Below, one piece after another: positions 11,210 through 25,628 of a stretch of DNA of 64,000 nucleotides; the stretch's first letter is position 1; every line of letters starts with the position of its first letter. The DNA is taken from contig OZ024743.1 of assembly GCA_964016885.1 (NCBI GenBank), forward strand, positions 3,286,001 to 3,350,000, in the 5' to 3' direction. The DNA comes from Eledone cirrhosa (Eukaryota). Below the pieces are notes generated by a model that was not told where the DNA came from, did not search any database, and saw nothing but the letters and a program-made list of their open reading frames with translations. The position numbers were made by a program, and so were the translations under genes.

Positions 11210-13870
11210 AGTCCCTATAGCTTGAGGGGAGTTCACATCTTCTTGTGTTGCTACTGTCCATATATCTTGAGGAAGGTCCCGGTTCAGAGGTGTCTGCATG
11301 TCCCAAAGAAGTCGGTTCTGAGGTTTATCAGGCCGCTTCCACCTCTTAGTATCTCGAGGGTTCGTTCAGGCATAGTTTGCATATGCAAGATCCCCCTTTA
11401 TCGGGTGGTACTTTCCTGATTATGTACCAGGCCAGAGAGTACGGGGTCCTGTCCAGCTTAAGCTTCCAGATCAGGTCGGAGAGAGCCGTGCTTTTCCTTT
11501 TGGCCTCCTTATTGAAGGAATGGCGATGGTTGTACCAGCGGTCTTTAAAGCTCGTTGATGTGGCTCCTATGTAGAGGTGTTCGGAGTTGGGGGTTTTAAC
11601 CCTACAACCGTATACTAGGTTCTTCTTAAGGCATTAATTACCAAGGGGGCATGATTCGGGGTTTCTGCAGTTGCAGAGGGTGGTCGACCTCTGCGTGCCT
11701 AGATTGGGGTTCCCGTTAGGTGTTACATGGTGGTCTTCCCTGAGGAACGGTGGGGGGTCCCCGTGTCTGTTTGGGTTTCTTGGGTGGGCACTGGGTCCCC
11801 CCTTCCCTCCTTTCACATGGTTCTGCTGAGTGCTTGTATTGCCATCTTCTGGTTGTGTGTGGTTTTTAAGCCTACTCCTGTTGATGCTAGCTATGTGTTG
11901 GGCCAGATTTCTCGTGGTGGAATACGAGAGCTTCACAGTGTGTCTGTTGAAGATCCTGTGGTATCTATGGTCCCCCGGGGAGCATTTATCAAGTACTCCA
12001 AAGAATGATCGGGCCAAGCTGTTCTTTAGGGCCGCTGAGTAGGGTGGGTTGTACCACGTGATTTTTCTGTGTCTCCTCCTATATGTGTGGGTCGGGGGCG
12101 TCGTGAGTTGTTGGAGGTTTGTTGGGTTGCTGGTGGTTCCCGCACTGTTGCCTCCCCTTTGGGCTCTATGCTTTTTGCTATCTTCACGGCCCGAATCTGT
12201 GGGGTGGTCGTTGCCGCGCTGGGAGATCTATCGTGGGGTGGTCCCCCCCCACACGTGTCCTGCGGTTGGGGTCGTCGGTCCTGGGGTGGTTAGCGTTACC
12301 CCTGAGACTGCTACTCATATTGGGTTTCATCTCATGGTTAAGCGTACTAGTCATCAACGCCCGTGTGGTGGTGTCGGGCACATGGTGCCTATTTGTTTCT
12401 GTTCTGCCTGTATTGTTAGGGTTCGCCCCTTCCCGGGAAACGCAGGTGTGGGTCATCCCCATCCCGGCGTTTCGGACTATATGTTATATTTTGGCCATGT
12501 GCCGCCTTATTTAGAGCTGCGTTGTAATATTCCACGTTGTTATCGAATATTTCCTTACTTGCGGACAGGCTGGAGATTCTGTCCGAGACACTCTTCACCA
12601 CTGCCTTGGTTATGGATCTAGGGTGGTTTGATTTGGCGTTAACATATACGAGTTTCTCGTTGGGCTTGTGGTAGGGGTAGTATTGCTCGGTGTTCAGGTT
12701 TAGGGTGGTGTCTAGGAAGTTAACTACCTTCCTATTTGGGTCTAGTTCTATACTGAGCCCCTGGTTCTTAAAGAAATAGCGAATACGCCTCCTCATTCCC
12801 TCCAACATATTGGTGCTGTGGTCATATACTGTGAATAGAGCATCGTTACGATATAATCCGCCGCCCAGGCAGGGGATTTCATCTTTTATCTGCTTCAGCA
12901 GGTAGAGCCCAGCCAGGTCCGTTACCTGTGCTGAGTCGCTGGAGCCCATCGTGATGTCAAAGTTATTTGGCCAATCACTCCTGGTCCAAAGGTCTCCATC
13001 GAAACGGATTAAGGTCTTTCTTGCGGCGTGGATGATGCTCACCTCCTCTCGGGTTAGGTCCGTATTGGACATCGCTAAAAATAGGGCCTTATTAAGTACT
13101 ATGGGTGAGATTGAGGAGTAGTAGCTTGCGATATCCAGTTGTATAAAGCTGGTCTTACTTTTCTCATGTAGTATCTTAAACCATTCTATTACTTCTCCCG
13201 TGCATGACCATTGCTGTAATTTAGTTTTCTTCCGAAGCTTGGGCAAAATCCTATCTAGTATTCTTTTACTGACGATCCCTAGGTCAGATCTAGAGGGGGC
13301 TATTAGTCTGACAGGGAGGTCGGACTCAAAGTTTGGCTTGTGATCTTTAAGGGTAATCCGTGGCTCCCTTGGTTGGTATGGGGCCGTCCTGTCCTCTATG
13401 CCGAGTCTAGATATAATCCTGTAAGCTGTGGCATTGATCTCATCCAGGGTAAATCCAGGTGTTTTTTTGTAGCACTTCCTCAGTTCCCTGAGGATTAGCT
13501 TATTGTACAGTTCAGTGTTCATGTTGTAGAGGTTGTTGGTTTTGTCAGCATGGACAAGTATTCCAGTTGTCTCTTTAAGTACTGTAATCCGGTTTCTCAG
13601 GTGTCTGAGGTACTCCTGACTTCTGGTTGGGTTTCCGGAGAATTTGAAGTTGGATATGATGTTAATCATCTCGTTTTCAAACTCCTCCATTAGTCTGTTG
13701 TGGGGGTCGGGGGGGGGGGGGGGTTCCTCCTTGATCGAAAAAGGTACTCCATGTTTTGTGTGTTGGTAAGTTTTTGCGTTCCTCTTTCGAAGTGGAACGC
13801 CTTCCATTCCATCTCATCCTACGGACGAGGGAGTCCGTGCTCTTGATGAGATCACTGGTGTATTCTCGTT
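11210..13870 (-). pseudogene. Decayed near-full-length Naiad-type PLE (RT, long linker, GIY-YIG)
   Basis: RRMRW..AFHF, ADKTNNLY, LKDHKPNF, FDITMGSSDSAQVTDLAGLYLL, GGLYRND (DD mutated), NFLD, CNCRNPESCPLGN*CL, VY.C..LYIGAT..FKDRWYNH, C..C..CRH; several stops and frameshifts. Confidence 0.9.
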
Positions 13871-13907
13871 TGTCAGATAGGGGGATATCTATACCACACT
13901 AATTCGG

Positions 13908-13962
13908 ACTGCCTGAAGAGGTCACAGCCAAAGATGGCTGTCACTGAAATATATATAGCAGT
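13908..13962 (+). ncRNA. Type I minimal hammerhead ribozyme in a probable inverted pseudo-LTR (~13870-14110) of the decayed Naiad
   Basis: acugc CUGAAGA ggucacagcca-aaga-uggcugucacu GAAA uauaua UA gcagu; helix I acugc/gcagu, palindromic helix III. Confidence 0.8.
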
Positions 13963-14116
13963 AATAAACGAAGCTAAATTTTAAACATTTGACTTATTTA
14001 TTTTACATTATTTTACATTACTCCGGAGTAACCAAACCAACCTGCGCACTTCGTCGAGTGCTCCAATCTGCATACTGAGGTGTTGGTATACAACCAACAT
14101 ATACTCAAAAACTCTC

Positions 14117-15540
<1,424 letters not shown>

Positions 15541-15629
15541 TATATATATATATACAAAATAGTCTCTTACAACAAAATAGCTCTAAGAAAGAGAATTTTT
15601 CCGAGCCGTATATTATAATTGAATATAAA

Positions 15630-15995
15630 AGGAAGGAGACTATGTAGAAAATGAGGTACTTGATTAACCAAGTACCTCATTTTCTACATAGTCTCCTTCC
15701 CTTTCGATGCACTTGGTCCCGCGATCAAGAAGCTTGCGTATTCCTTCCAAGAAGGCTTTCAGTTGGTCGCGCAACCATTTATGTACCGCTTCTTGCACTT
15801 CTTTATATGTAGGAAATCGACGAGCTTGTAAAGCATCTTTGAGAACATGTTACCTCATCGATGATAACTCGCCGGTTCACCATTACTATCTCTCGAGTTA
15901 ATGAATCTTCTCGTCAGTGACGGAGGTTGACGGACGTTCTGCTCTTTCTTTGTGCATCAGGCTACTCCGGCCACTTTTAAACTTCTCGACTCATT
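15630..15995 (-). mobile_element. Second, deleted mariner fragment with a short fold-back of its C-terminal coding end
   Basis: Minus strand EVQEAVHKWLRDQLKAFLEGIRKLLDRGTKCIEREGDYVEK*; inverted repeat at 15630-15701. Confidence 0.7.
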
Positions 15996-16052
15996 CTCAA
16001 CAAATATATATATATATATATGTGTATGTTTGTGTATATATACATATGTATG

Positions 16053-16161
<109 letters not shown>

Positions 16162-16927
16162 TTGTGTATGCGTATGTGGTTGAGTATATATGTATATACA
16201 TGTGTGTGTGCGTATGAATATATTAGAGAAAATAAGACAAAAAATAAAAACGGGTTCAAAGCATTAAACAAATATGCATATACATGCACCCCCTATATAT
16301 ATACATATTTGTGGTTCTACTTGTGTATGTATTCGCACATGTACAGTCAAACGTGTACGTAAAATGAAAAGAAAAAACATAAACAAAAGCTTATGTCTAG
16401 TCTAAAAAAAACCCAACTAAATAAATAAATACGCCCCGCTTCATCCACCCACTATCAAAATTAAGAAGTGAGGTTAGAATGTGATGGGTTGGTTTACAAA
16501 AAGTTTTTATCAGGCACGTAGCATTTCATTTTGATCTCCTACCGACGGTCACAGGTAAATGAGTAAATTTACATGATTAATATTTCTAACTTTGGCACAA
16601 GGCCACAAACATTAAAAACAAAGATTCCACCCTTGATGTGGTGGAAGAGGTCAGTGGTTGGGAGACTTGCTATTTCTATCCCCCTTAGCTCTCGTGGTAC
16701 TTTATTTCATCGATACCAGATAAATGGAATATAAAATCAACCAGCATTGGCGGGAAATGAAACAGAAAGTAAATGAATTGAACTAAACATATACTGCAAA
16801 ATATTTTGTCGAACTACCAATCTTTTCCCTTAAATAAAATAATATTCTGCTGTAGTGTGAACACATCATCTTACAGATAGCGTGGTTGTCTTGTTACATA
16901 GACGTATATATATATATAGATATTAAG

Positions 16928-17447
<520 letters not shown>

Positions 17448-17449
17448 AC

Positions 17450-17515
<66 letters not shown>

Positions 17516-18739
17516 ATGAGAGATACAAACTTCAATGGAACAGGTACATTGATAGATCGATAAAGAGAGAGTGATGTGGAGAGACGATAAAGACCGACAG
17601 ATATACTGAAGACATGTATAGATAGAGAAACAGAAATAGATAGACAGATATATATATAGATAAACACACAGTCTGGGGTCAACCCTAATCGAACAGACAT
17701 ATGATCAAAGGCATTCCAGCCTAGAATCTTTGTATAATTTTAGATATTAAGAATTTCTAAAATTACACAGCATAGCTTACATATGAGAAGGTAAATGGAA
17801 CTTAAAACCGACTTGAGTGACACGTCTAACAGACTACTGAGGGATAGAGGTGGCATTTTACTGCCTAGCTAAGTTGCGTCCCATCAATCTTTGCGCAGTG
17901 GTTATGATTAAAAAAATTTCGTGGCATTTTTCAGCTGTTTCTTTTTCTACGCTGACTAGCGTCCCTACGGACAGTGTCCAAATACCCGTATGAACAGATC
18001 GCCTATAATTGCTGGCGATGGAAAATAATTCTTTCCCACTTGACTTCATTTATTTTTAATGCTTCCAAAGGAGAATTTACACAGGTACTTTGATCACTCA
18101 TTCCTAAACAGTGCTTATGTACAATTGATTTATATATATATTTGTGTACGTACTTAGTTTGCTGTTCTAGCCGAAAGAGACTGTTGTTTTCCTCTGTCTA
18201 CGAGTTGTCCCGTGCATTTTCCCGGTGGTTGTACAAGCCGGAGTGTAATCTGGGCTGAATATTATGCAATTATGAGGGTTGTGGTTTGACAGGATTGATA
18301 AAACGTCGACTAAGATGCCATCGTGGCTTGTGCTGAGTTTTACATTCTGTGTTCAAATTCTGCAGAGGTGAAGATTGTCATTCATCCTTCTGGGGGTCGA
18401 TAAATTAAAATACCAGTTAAGTACTGAAATTGATTTAAGTAACCTTGCCCTTTCCCCCAAATTTGCTGGTCTTGTACTTAAATCACACTCTTATGCACGA
18501 AATTGCATTTCCCAAGAGTAGCCGATGAGGAAGTTAGATGCTTTTGTATGTTCATTAATTTCTTGAGAAATACTTCCTGCATGATAATTAAAAACTCATA
18601 CCCAGGGAAATTGCTCAGCAATACCGCAGTGAATCCATGGACGAAAAGTTGCATGCTTATCAGCAAAAAACCATGCATAGATATGTTGGCAGGAGGTTCC
18701 AAAGTGAGAGTAGTCTATCTTGGACTAACAGCCACTATA

Positions 18740-19412
18740 TTGCCTCTCACTTTGAAGGATGTGCTTTTGCAATCCAGGAATAGGAAATGAATACAAAATA
18801 TCTGATTCACGAAAGAGATAGGGATACAAGCAAAACACCTATATGTGACGACGAATGCAGACTTTGCAGAATTAACATAAAAAATGTTACCCATGACAAA
18901 GATGTCATCACGGTACTATCTCCCTATGAGACCTGATGCAGGAGCCAAAATACTATACAACGCAATCCGTAGAAAAGATAGCCTCAACAATAAACATATA
19001 AAAAGTTGTGGAAGACATATACATAATATAAAAGAGTACTGGTGGAATGTTCCAGTCAAAACCCCAATAAAATGCAAGCATAACAGACCAGATATAATGA
19101 TATCGGACAGGGAAATGCACAGTGGAAGTCAGCTGCCCAGCCGATGCCAATATAATATTAAAGATTAGCGAAAAGGAGAACATCTATGCAGAACTAATGA
19201 GGAATCTGAAGATACTCCACCCTGATTATGCTTTCAGATATATGCATGTAATCATTGAGGCTTTGGGAGATGTTACTAAGTGCCTTAGTACAAATCTTGA
19301 GAAGCTGGGCTTCACAGATCCAGAAAGAACACGACTAGTTAGGAAATTACAAGTACAATCCATTAATGGAACTCTATTAATATGTAAAACATTCCAAACA
19401 TTCTGCATGTAA
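18740..19412 (+). mobile_element. 3' fragment of an RLE-type non-LTR retrotransposon (R4/Dong or NeSL-like)
   Basis: CRLC zinc-knuckle start, WWNVPVKT..KHNRPDI, VEVSCPAD..EKENIY, IIEALG. Confidence 0.75.
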
Positions 19413-19469
19413 TAACCGCATATACACATGTATGGATACAAAACATATGCGCGTGTTCATATGTAACTT

Positions 19470-20356
19470 AAGTGAGGAAAGACTGTGCACTGGGCCAATC
19501 CCATTCTCTGAGCGACAGTAGCTATAACCCGAAAAGAAGAAAAGATCAACATCATCGGTAACTACTGAGCCGCAGGTTTATGTCGGAGTTATCCCAGTTT
19601 CCTGAGTTGCCTTCTCCTAGAAGACTGCCCCGACAAAGGCTAGGGTGTCCTTCACTCCCATTGGTTTAACGGTGCGGGTATCCAACCCGATTATTTCTAT
19701 GTCCCCGCGCATATACATATACGTGCATATATACATATACACATATATACATATTTGCACATTTTTGGATGACCGTTGACTCATGAGTTCTTCCGCCCTT
19801 TGTCATACATACATATATATGTACATACATACATGATGGCTTCCCCCTCGTTATCGAGTATGGCCATATTTAATACCATTATTAATAATTATTAATTAAT
19901 TCTATCGTGCAATGCCTGTGCGCGAAGATATTTTTTAAAGTGAGGAAAGACTGTACACTGAGCCAATCCCACTCTCTGAGTACAGTAGCTATAACCCGAA
20001 AAGAAGAAAAGATCAACATCACCGGTAACTACTGAGCCGCAGGTTTTATATCCCAGTTTCCTGAGTTGCCTTCTCTTAGAAGAATGCCCTGACAAAGGCT
20101 AGGGGTCCTTCACTCCCAGTGGTTTAACCGCGTGGTACGTGTGTATATACATATTTACACACTTTTGGATGGCCATTGACTCTTATGAGTTCTTCCGCCC
20201 TTTGTCAGGTTTTGTTTTTTGTCCTGCAGGGTGTCCAAAATCACCTTTCTCACCAAGTAAACTTAGTGGGGTTGCCGGTTTAGTCGCCGACGACCCGACC
20301 ATGCGACAGGTTGTACTGGGTTACATGTTACCAGTAGCACTCAAGAGTGACCCGAC
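19470..20356 (-). mobile_element. Two partial copies of the RTE-derived bipartite non-autonomous element
   Basis: 19470-19805 and 19833-20356 resemble each other and 24299-24910; (TACA)n flanks. Confidence 0.65.
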
Positions 20357-20554
20357 ATACATACATACATACAATCATGCCTGTAAAAACAATCATGCCT
20401 GCATAGATACATACATATATATACATACATACATGCATACCTACATATATACATGCATATATACCCAGTGGCGGACTGGGACAAAAAATATTGGTTGCCA
20501 GATGAAAGGGGTCCACCTACATATAGAATGCTATCATTTAATTTTTATAATGAA

Positions 20555-23131
20555 CTAGCGGAGCTACCCGGCTTCGCTCAGTGTTAAAAAGCTTATTTAG
20601 AAAATAATAATATTAACATTTTAATCGTTATTTAAAAACTTCTGTAATTTAGTTTCTATTTTTTAGATTTTAACATTTATCTTTAAATGACTGAATGACT
20701 GACGAATTTAAAGAAAATTCGTTATAAGAACATTTAATTTGTTTTACTGAAGTGCTTTTGGATACACAATGTTTTTTGTTTTTCCTTCTGGTGCGTACAC
20801 GAATAAATCAGAAGGTTTACCGACGCGTGAGCAAGCCACATACAGCTGTCCATGTGAGAAGCATGGATTTTCTAAATTTAGTCCACACACTTGTAGCGAT
20901 TGTCCTTGTGCTTTGTTGATAGTCATTGCAAAGGCGAGTCGCACCGGAAACTGCAAACATTTGAAATCGAATGGCGTATCTGTTGGAATGATTGGGATGC
21001 GTGGCAAGAGTACATCTTCTCCTTTAAATTTTCCATTTAAAATTGTAGCCGCGATGATATTGTTCATCGTCTTTTTCACTGAAAGTCTGGTACCGTTGCA
21101 AAGTTGTGGTGGATTTATGTTTCGGAGAAGGATGATAGGCACGCCAATTTTCAATGTTAAAATGTGCGGTGGCATGCCTGGCAAATCAAGTGAATTCAAG
21201 AATTCAATTGGATAATTGATAATTTCGTCTTGATTCATTACAGTATCGATGGACTTATACGTTGTCGCTTCGCCTGGTATTTCGTTTTGAATGCTGAAAT
21301 TAATGGCATTGACATCGGTGTTTTTGGCTGCTAATATAGCACGTACACTGAGCCACTGATGATTTTTGTAATGCTGCGCAATATTTGGGAACACTTTGTG
21401 AATCAGTTCGTCTCTGGTTGCCGTGATTCTACAGAAGTTTGTTGGCAATGTGATACATTTTGTGGAATCATCGATTACCATTTTCCCATTCCCAATATCC
21501 AGCAATTGTTTTGTGAAACGTTCAGCGGATGCGTAATTTTGTAGTTGTACACGCATATTGTTTTTTAAAGTTAATTTCTGTACGTGTCGCCATAAAACTG
21601 ATGATTTGAGACATGCATTAAGCTCATCAGCGGGTGTTGATCGCGGTATAACTGGTAGAGTTTGTCGAAAATCACCAGACAATAAAATGAGTGTGCCACC
21701 GAAGAGCTGTTCATTTCCTTTCAAATCTTTTAGCGTATTATTAAGCGCTTCCAATGATTTTTTGTGCGCCAAAGTACATTCGTCCCATATAATGATTTTA
21801 CATGATTGGAGTACTTTACCTATACCAGAATTTTTGGTAATATTGCATGTTGATGTCTCAGCGATTTGCATATTCAATGGCAATTTCAGGGCTGAATGTG
21901 CTGTTCGGCCACCATCTAAAAGAGTTGCCGCAATTCCAGATGATGCGATTGCCAGTGCAATATTATTTTCTGATCGTATAGTTGCCAAAATAAGTGAAAT
22001 GAGAAAAGTTTTGCCTGTACTACCGGGCGCATCTATAAAATACAATCCGCCGCTTTGACTTATAATTGCCTGCATAATTTGGTCATATACTATGCGTTGT
22101 TCTGGTAACAATTTGGGAAGATTCGTTTGAACAAATGTACCCAATTCGGCGACATCAAAGTTTGTTTCTCGTTGCAAATCACGATCGAAAATGTCGTTTA
22201 CAGATCGATTCGGCGCAGGCATTCCCAATTGTACCAATGTTTTGTTAGCGATTGCTAAACATATGACCTCAATGGAAACCAATGCTTCATTATACACATT
22301 TTGTGTGAATTGAATATTCATATTTTGATTTGTTGCACGCAAACGATGTAGGATGTCTTCACTCATGTAGTCTTTATATTTTTCCCAAAGATCTTTTGGA
22401 TTTGATGGGAAGCACGTTGTCAATATTATTGAGAATAATGTGCGTATTTGCTTTGGTCGAGCAGTATTCGATGCATCAGCGAGTGAAGTGTCCCAATGTC
22501 CATCATTTTCAAGAAGATTTCATTCTTGGCAAGCTTCACGATAAGTGGCACATACTTGACCGTTTACTGTTCTCAATTCTTGGAATGATGTCGATCCACG
22601 TATGTGTCCAGGTCAGGAAAATAAGGACAGACGAAATGAAGATATCAAATTACAGCACTTAGGCTAGCTGAAAAAGAATTCCCTGTAATGGGAGTGGAAG
22701 GGAAGTAATGTGAAACAGACACTATACTAATTCTATTGAAATTATATTAAATTAAAGAGAGAATTTACTAATTCTATTGAAATTATATTAAATTAAAGAG
22801 AGAATACTAATTCTATTGAAATTATCTTTAATTAAAAAAATTTCACACTCGCTCTTTCACTCACTCTTTGTCTATACATTGATTTCTCTATCTCCGTTTA
22901 TAGCACTCTCTCTTTGTCTATACGTTGCTCTTTCACTCTCTCTTTGTCTATACGTTGATTTCTCTTTCTCCGTTTATAACTTTAGAGACAGTCTAATATA
23001 GGGAGTGGTTCAAAGCAGCCAGACTACTCGCTCTTTCACTCTCTGTTTGAATATACGTTGATTTCTCTTTCTCCGTTTATATCTTTGGACAAACAAACAA
23101 ACATACATTCATTTTTATATATATAGATAGA
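20555..23131 (-). mobile_element. Internally deleted Helitron (helicase kept, Rep/HUH domain absent)
   Basis: 5' TC terminus (tctatctatatatataaaaatg) at 23131, 3' GC-rich segment plus CTAG at 20555-20558, inserted between A and T. Confidence 0.9.
20744..22423 (-). CDS. Helitron PIF1-family SF1B helicase (C-terminal part of RepHel)
   Basis: DAPGSTGKT, ASSGIAA, GRTAHS, IIWDE, GDFRQTLPV, LRNINPPQLCNGTRL, QFPVRLAFAMTINKAQGQSL, FSHGQLYVACSRV; homology continues upstream to ~22605 through a stop. Confidence 0.92.
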   Translation of the reverse strand: MTTCFPSNPKDLWEKYKDYMSEDILHRLRATNQNMNIQFTQNVYNEALVSIEVICLAIANKTLVQLGMPAPNRSVNDIFDRDLQRETNFDVAELGTFVQTNLPKLLPEQRIVYDQIMQAIISQSGGLYFIDAPGSTGKTFLISLILATIRSENNIALAIASSGIAATLLDGGRTAHSALKLPLNMQIAETSTCNITKNSGIGKVLQSCKIIIWDECTLAHKKSLEALNNTLKDLKGNEQLFGGTLILLSGDFRQTLPVIPRSTPADELNACLKSSVLWRHVQKLTLKNNMRVQLQNYASAERFTKQLLDIGNGKMVIDDSTKCITLPTNFCRITATRDELIHKVFPNIAQHYKNHQWLSVRAILAAKNTDVNAINFSIQNEIPGEATTYKSIDTVMNQDEIINYPIEFLNSLDLPGMPPHILTLKIGVPIILLRNINPPQLCNGTRLSVKKTMNNIIAATILNGKFKGEDVLLPRIPIIPTDTPFDFKCLQFPVRLAFAMTINKAQGQSLQVCGLNLENPCFSHGQLYVACSRVGKPSDLFVYAPEGKTKNIVYPKALQ

Positions 23132-23256
23132 TAAATAGCATTTTCGAAAAATTCATAAGTGGAGACAGAACAGTGCAATCAAATTTTTTCGGAAAAATAT
23201 TTTACCTTCTCCAATTAAATATATTATGTATTTTGCGAAATCCAGAGACTTTCAAT

Positions 23257-23728
23257 AATGACCAGAAGTCGACCCTAAATATTACTAATATCTCTAGGAA
23301 AGCCAAGAACAACACATCTTTTTAACTTTGATTTTGAAAGTAGGTTTATAATTATCAATTTTCATTATACTTTTGTAACTGTCTCTGTGGCCTTGTTGGA
23401 GGAATCATAGACGGTGGTGATCCTGGTCTGAAGTTCGATCCTGGTCGGGAGTAGGGTTCCCGGTAAACCTTTTCTGCTTTTTTTTCTATGGGGTGTAAAA
23501 TAAAAACTGAAAAAGGTTACATGTACCTCTTGAACAGGATTGAACCCAAGGCCAGGACCTCCACCATCTCTAGTACCTACCGCTAGGCCACTGAGACAAC
23601 TACAAAAAGCTTATCAAAATTCATACTTATAAACCTACTTTCAAAATGTTCAAACCAAAGTCTCGTGGTGTCATTCATGTCTTTCTTAATGTTATTGCTC
23701 CTACTTAAGGTCGACTTCTAAATCATTT
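23257..23728. repeat. Degenerate ~470-bp inverted repeat with two convergent tRNA-like heads
   Basis: tttgaaagtaggtttataa / ttataaacctactttcaaa; gtctctgtggcc..gttcgatcc (+, 23381-23450) and gtctcagtggcctagcggt..ggttcaatcc (-, 23535-23597). Confidence 0.6.
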
Positions 23729-23827
23729 GGGTGTTCCATAAACTACATCCTCGTTTTGTTTCACATCTATCTAGACTACATTTTAACCTGTAATCCATGT
23801 TTCATTTCTGTTCCATCTCATGATTGG

Positions 23828-24180
<353 letters not shown>

Positions 24181-24298
24181 ACATACATACCTACATACAC
24201 TCGTATATACATACGTACAATCAAACATACATACATAATACATACATATTACATACATAGATACATACGTACATACATACAGACATACGTACATACAT

Positions 24299-24910
24299 AC
24301 ATGGTGGCTGCCAACTCGTTTTCGAGTACGGCCACTACTTTATATCCATGTAGGAGAACCCTTGCCGATGCGCTGAACGAGTGTGACTTTTTAGTCTAGC
24401 CAGCGACTTGAAAACTCTGGTACAAACACTACACTTGTGACAATTATTGACACATAGTGCTGGGCCCTTGGTACCATGTGACGACAAGTGCAGAGAGATC
24501 TCCAGATATAAAGCAATGCCTGTGCCGTGAAGCTTTTATAGTGAGCAAAGGCAGTGCACAAAGCCAGTCCCACTCTCTTAACCAAGATGATATTTACCAA
24601 AAAGAAGAACAAGTCAACATCATTGGATACCATCAGGGTTGCAGATGTTACATCAGAGTTTTCCTTCTCTTAGAATTCTGCCTTGACAAAGGCTAAGGGG
24701 TCATCTCTCCTAGTGATTTTGGATGGCCATTGACTCTTAAGAGCTCCTTTTCCCTTTGACAGATTTTGTTTTTAGTCCTGCAGGATGTCCAATGTCACCC
24801 CCCTCACCAAGAAACCTTGGTGGGGTTGCCAGTTTAGTCGCCAACGACCCGATCATGGGACAGGTTGTACTGGAATACATGTTACCAGTAGCACCAACTG
24901 GTGACCTGAC
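24299..24910 (-). mobile_element. RTE-derived bipartite non-autonomous retroelement (~610 bp)
   Basis: Near-identical reverse complement of 27551-28162; RTE 5'-UTR-like ctaggagaaggaaaactctga motif; 3' end resembles the RTE end at ~5175-5210. Confidence 0.7.
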
Positions 24911-25370
24911 ATACATACATACATACACACGTACATACATACATACACACAGACAGACATGCCAGACAGATAAATAATTCACATATACAAAATAATTCTA
25001 GATAACTCCAGAAACAGTAGAATGAATTTTAAAGTATTCTAACATATCAGGTATACAGATGTCCGCTGAAATATAGGTGTGTAGGCATTGAAGGTATGTT
25101 TTGTAGGTATAATATATAGAGCTAAGTAGGCATATAGGCGTGTTTGTCACATATGTATATGCACTGATATATAATCAGATTCAACGCACACAAATAAACA
25201 CACAATCATACAAATATACATAGAAGCACACATACACACACATACGCAAATGTACACCAGAGACGGAATCTACATACTCAGATAACACATACTACTACAG
25301 TAGTTTGATAAAGCAATCTTGAAAGGGTGCAACCTTGTCAAGAGAGAAACTGTAAATATTCAGAAGCTGG

Positions 25371-25431
<61 letters not shown>

Positions 25432-25437
<6 letters not shown>

Positions 25438-25574
25438 GACCCCCGGCATTCGTGGTCTCGGTTATTTGCGGAATTTTCCTTAGAACCTTACTAATGGAAA
25501 CCATCGCATATTCGCGGATTTCCACTCTTCGCGGGTGCTTTAGGAATGTTAACCCCGCGAATACCGGGAGACAA

Positions 25575-25577
<3 letters not shown>
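25432..25577. mobile_element. Tc1/pogo-type MITE in (TA)n
   Basis: Imperfect TIRs agtggacccccggcattcgtgg / ccgcgaataccgggagacaactg. Confidence 0.5.

Positions 25578-25627
<50 letters not shown>

Positions 25628-25628
<1 letters not shown>

Noticed and set aside
11280-11640. Selenocysteine recoding in the Naiads (reported for some Naiads)
   Set aside because: The intact ORF has no in-frame TGA. In the decayed copy the stop inside the Cys motif is TAA, and the TGA after CRHL is not at a Cys position; both fit ordinary decay.
20744-22423. Host PIF1 gene
   Set aside because: Intronless, bounded by Helitron TC and CTAG termini, and continuous with RepHel linker sequence.
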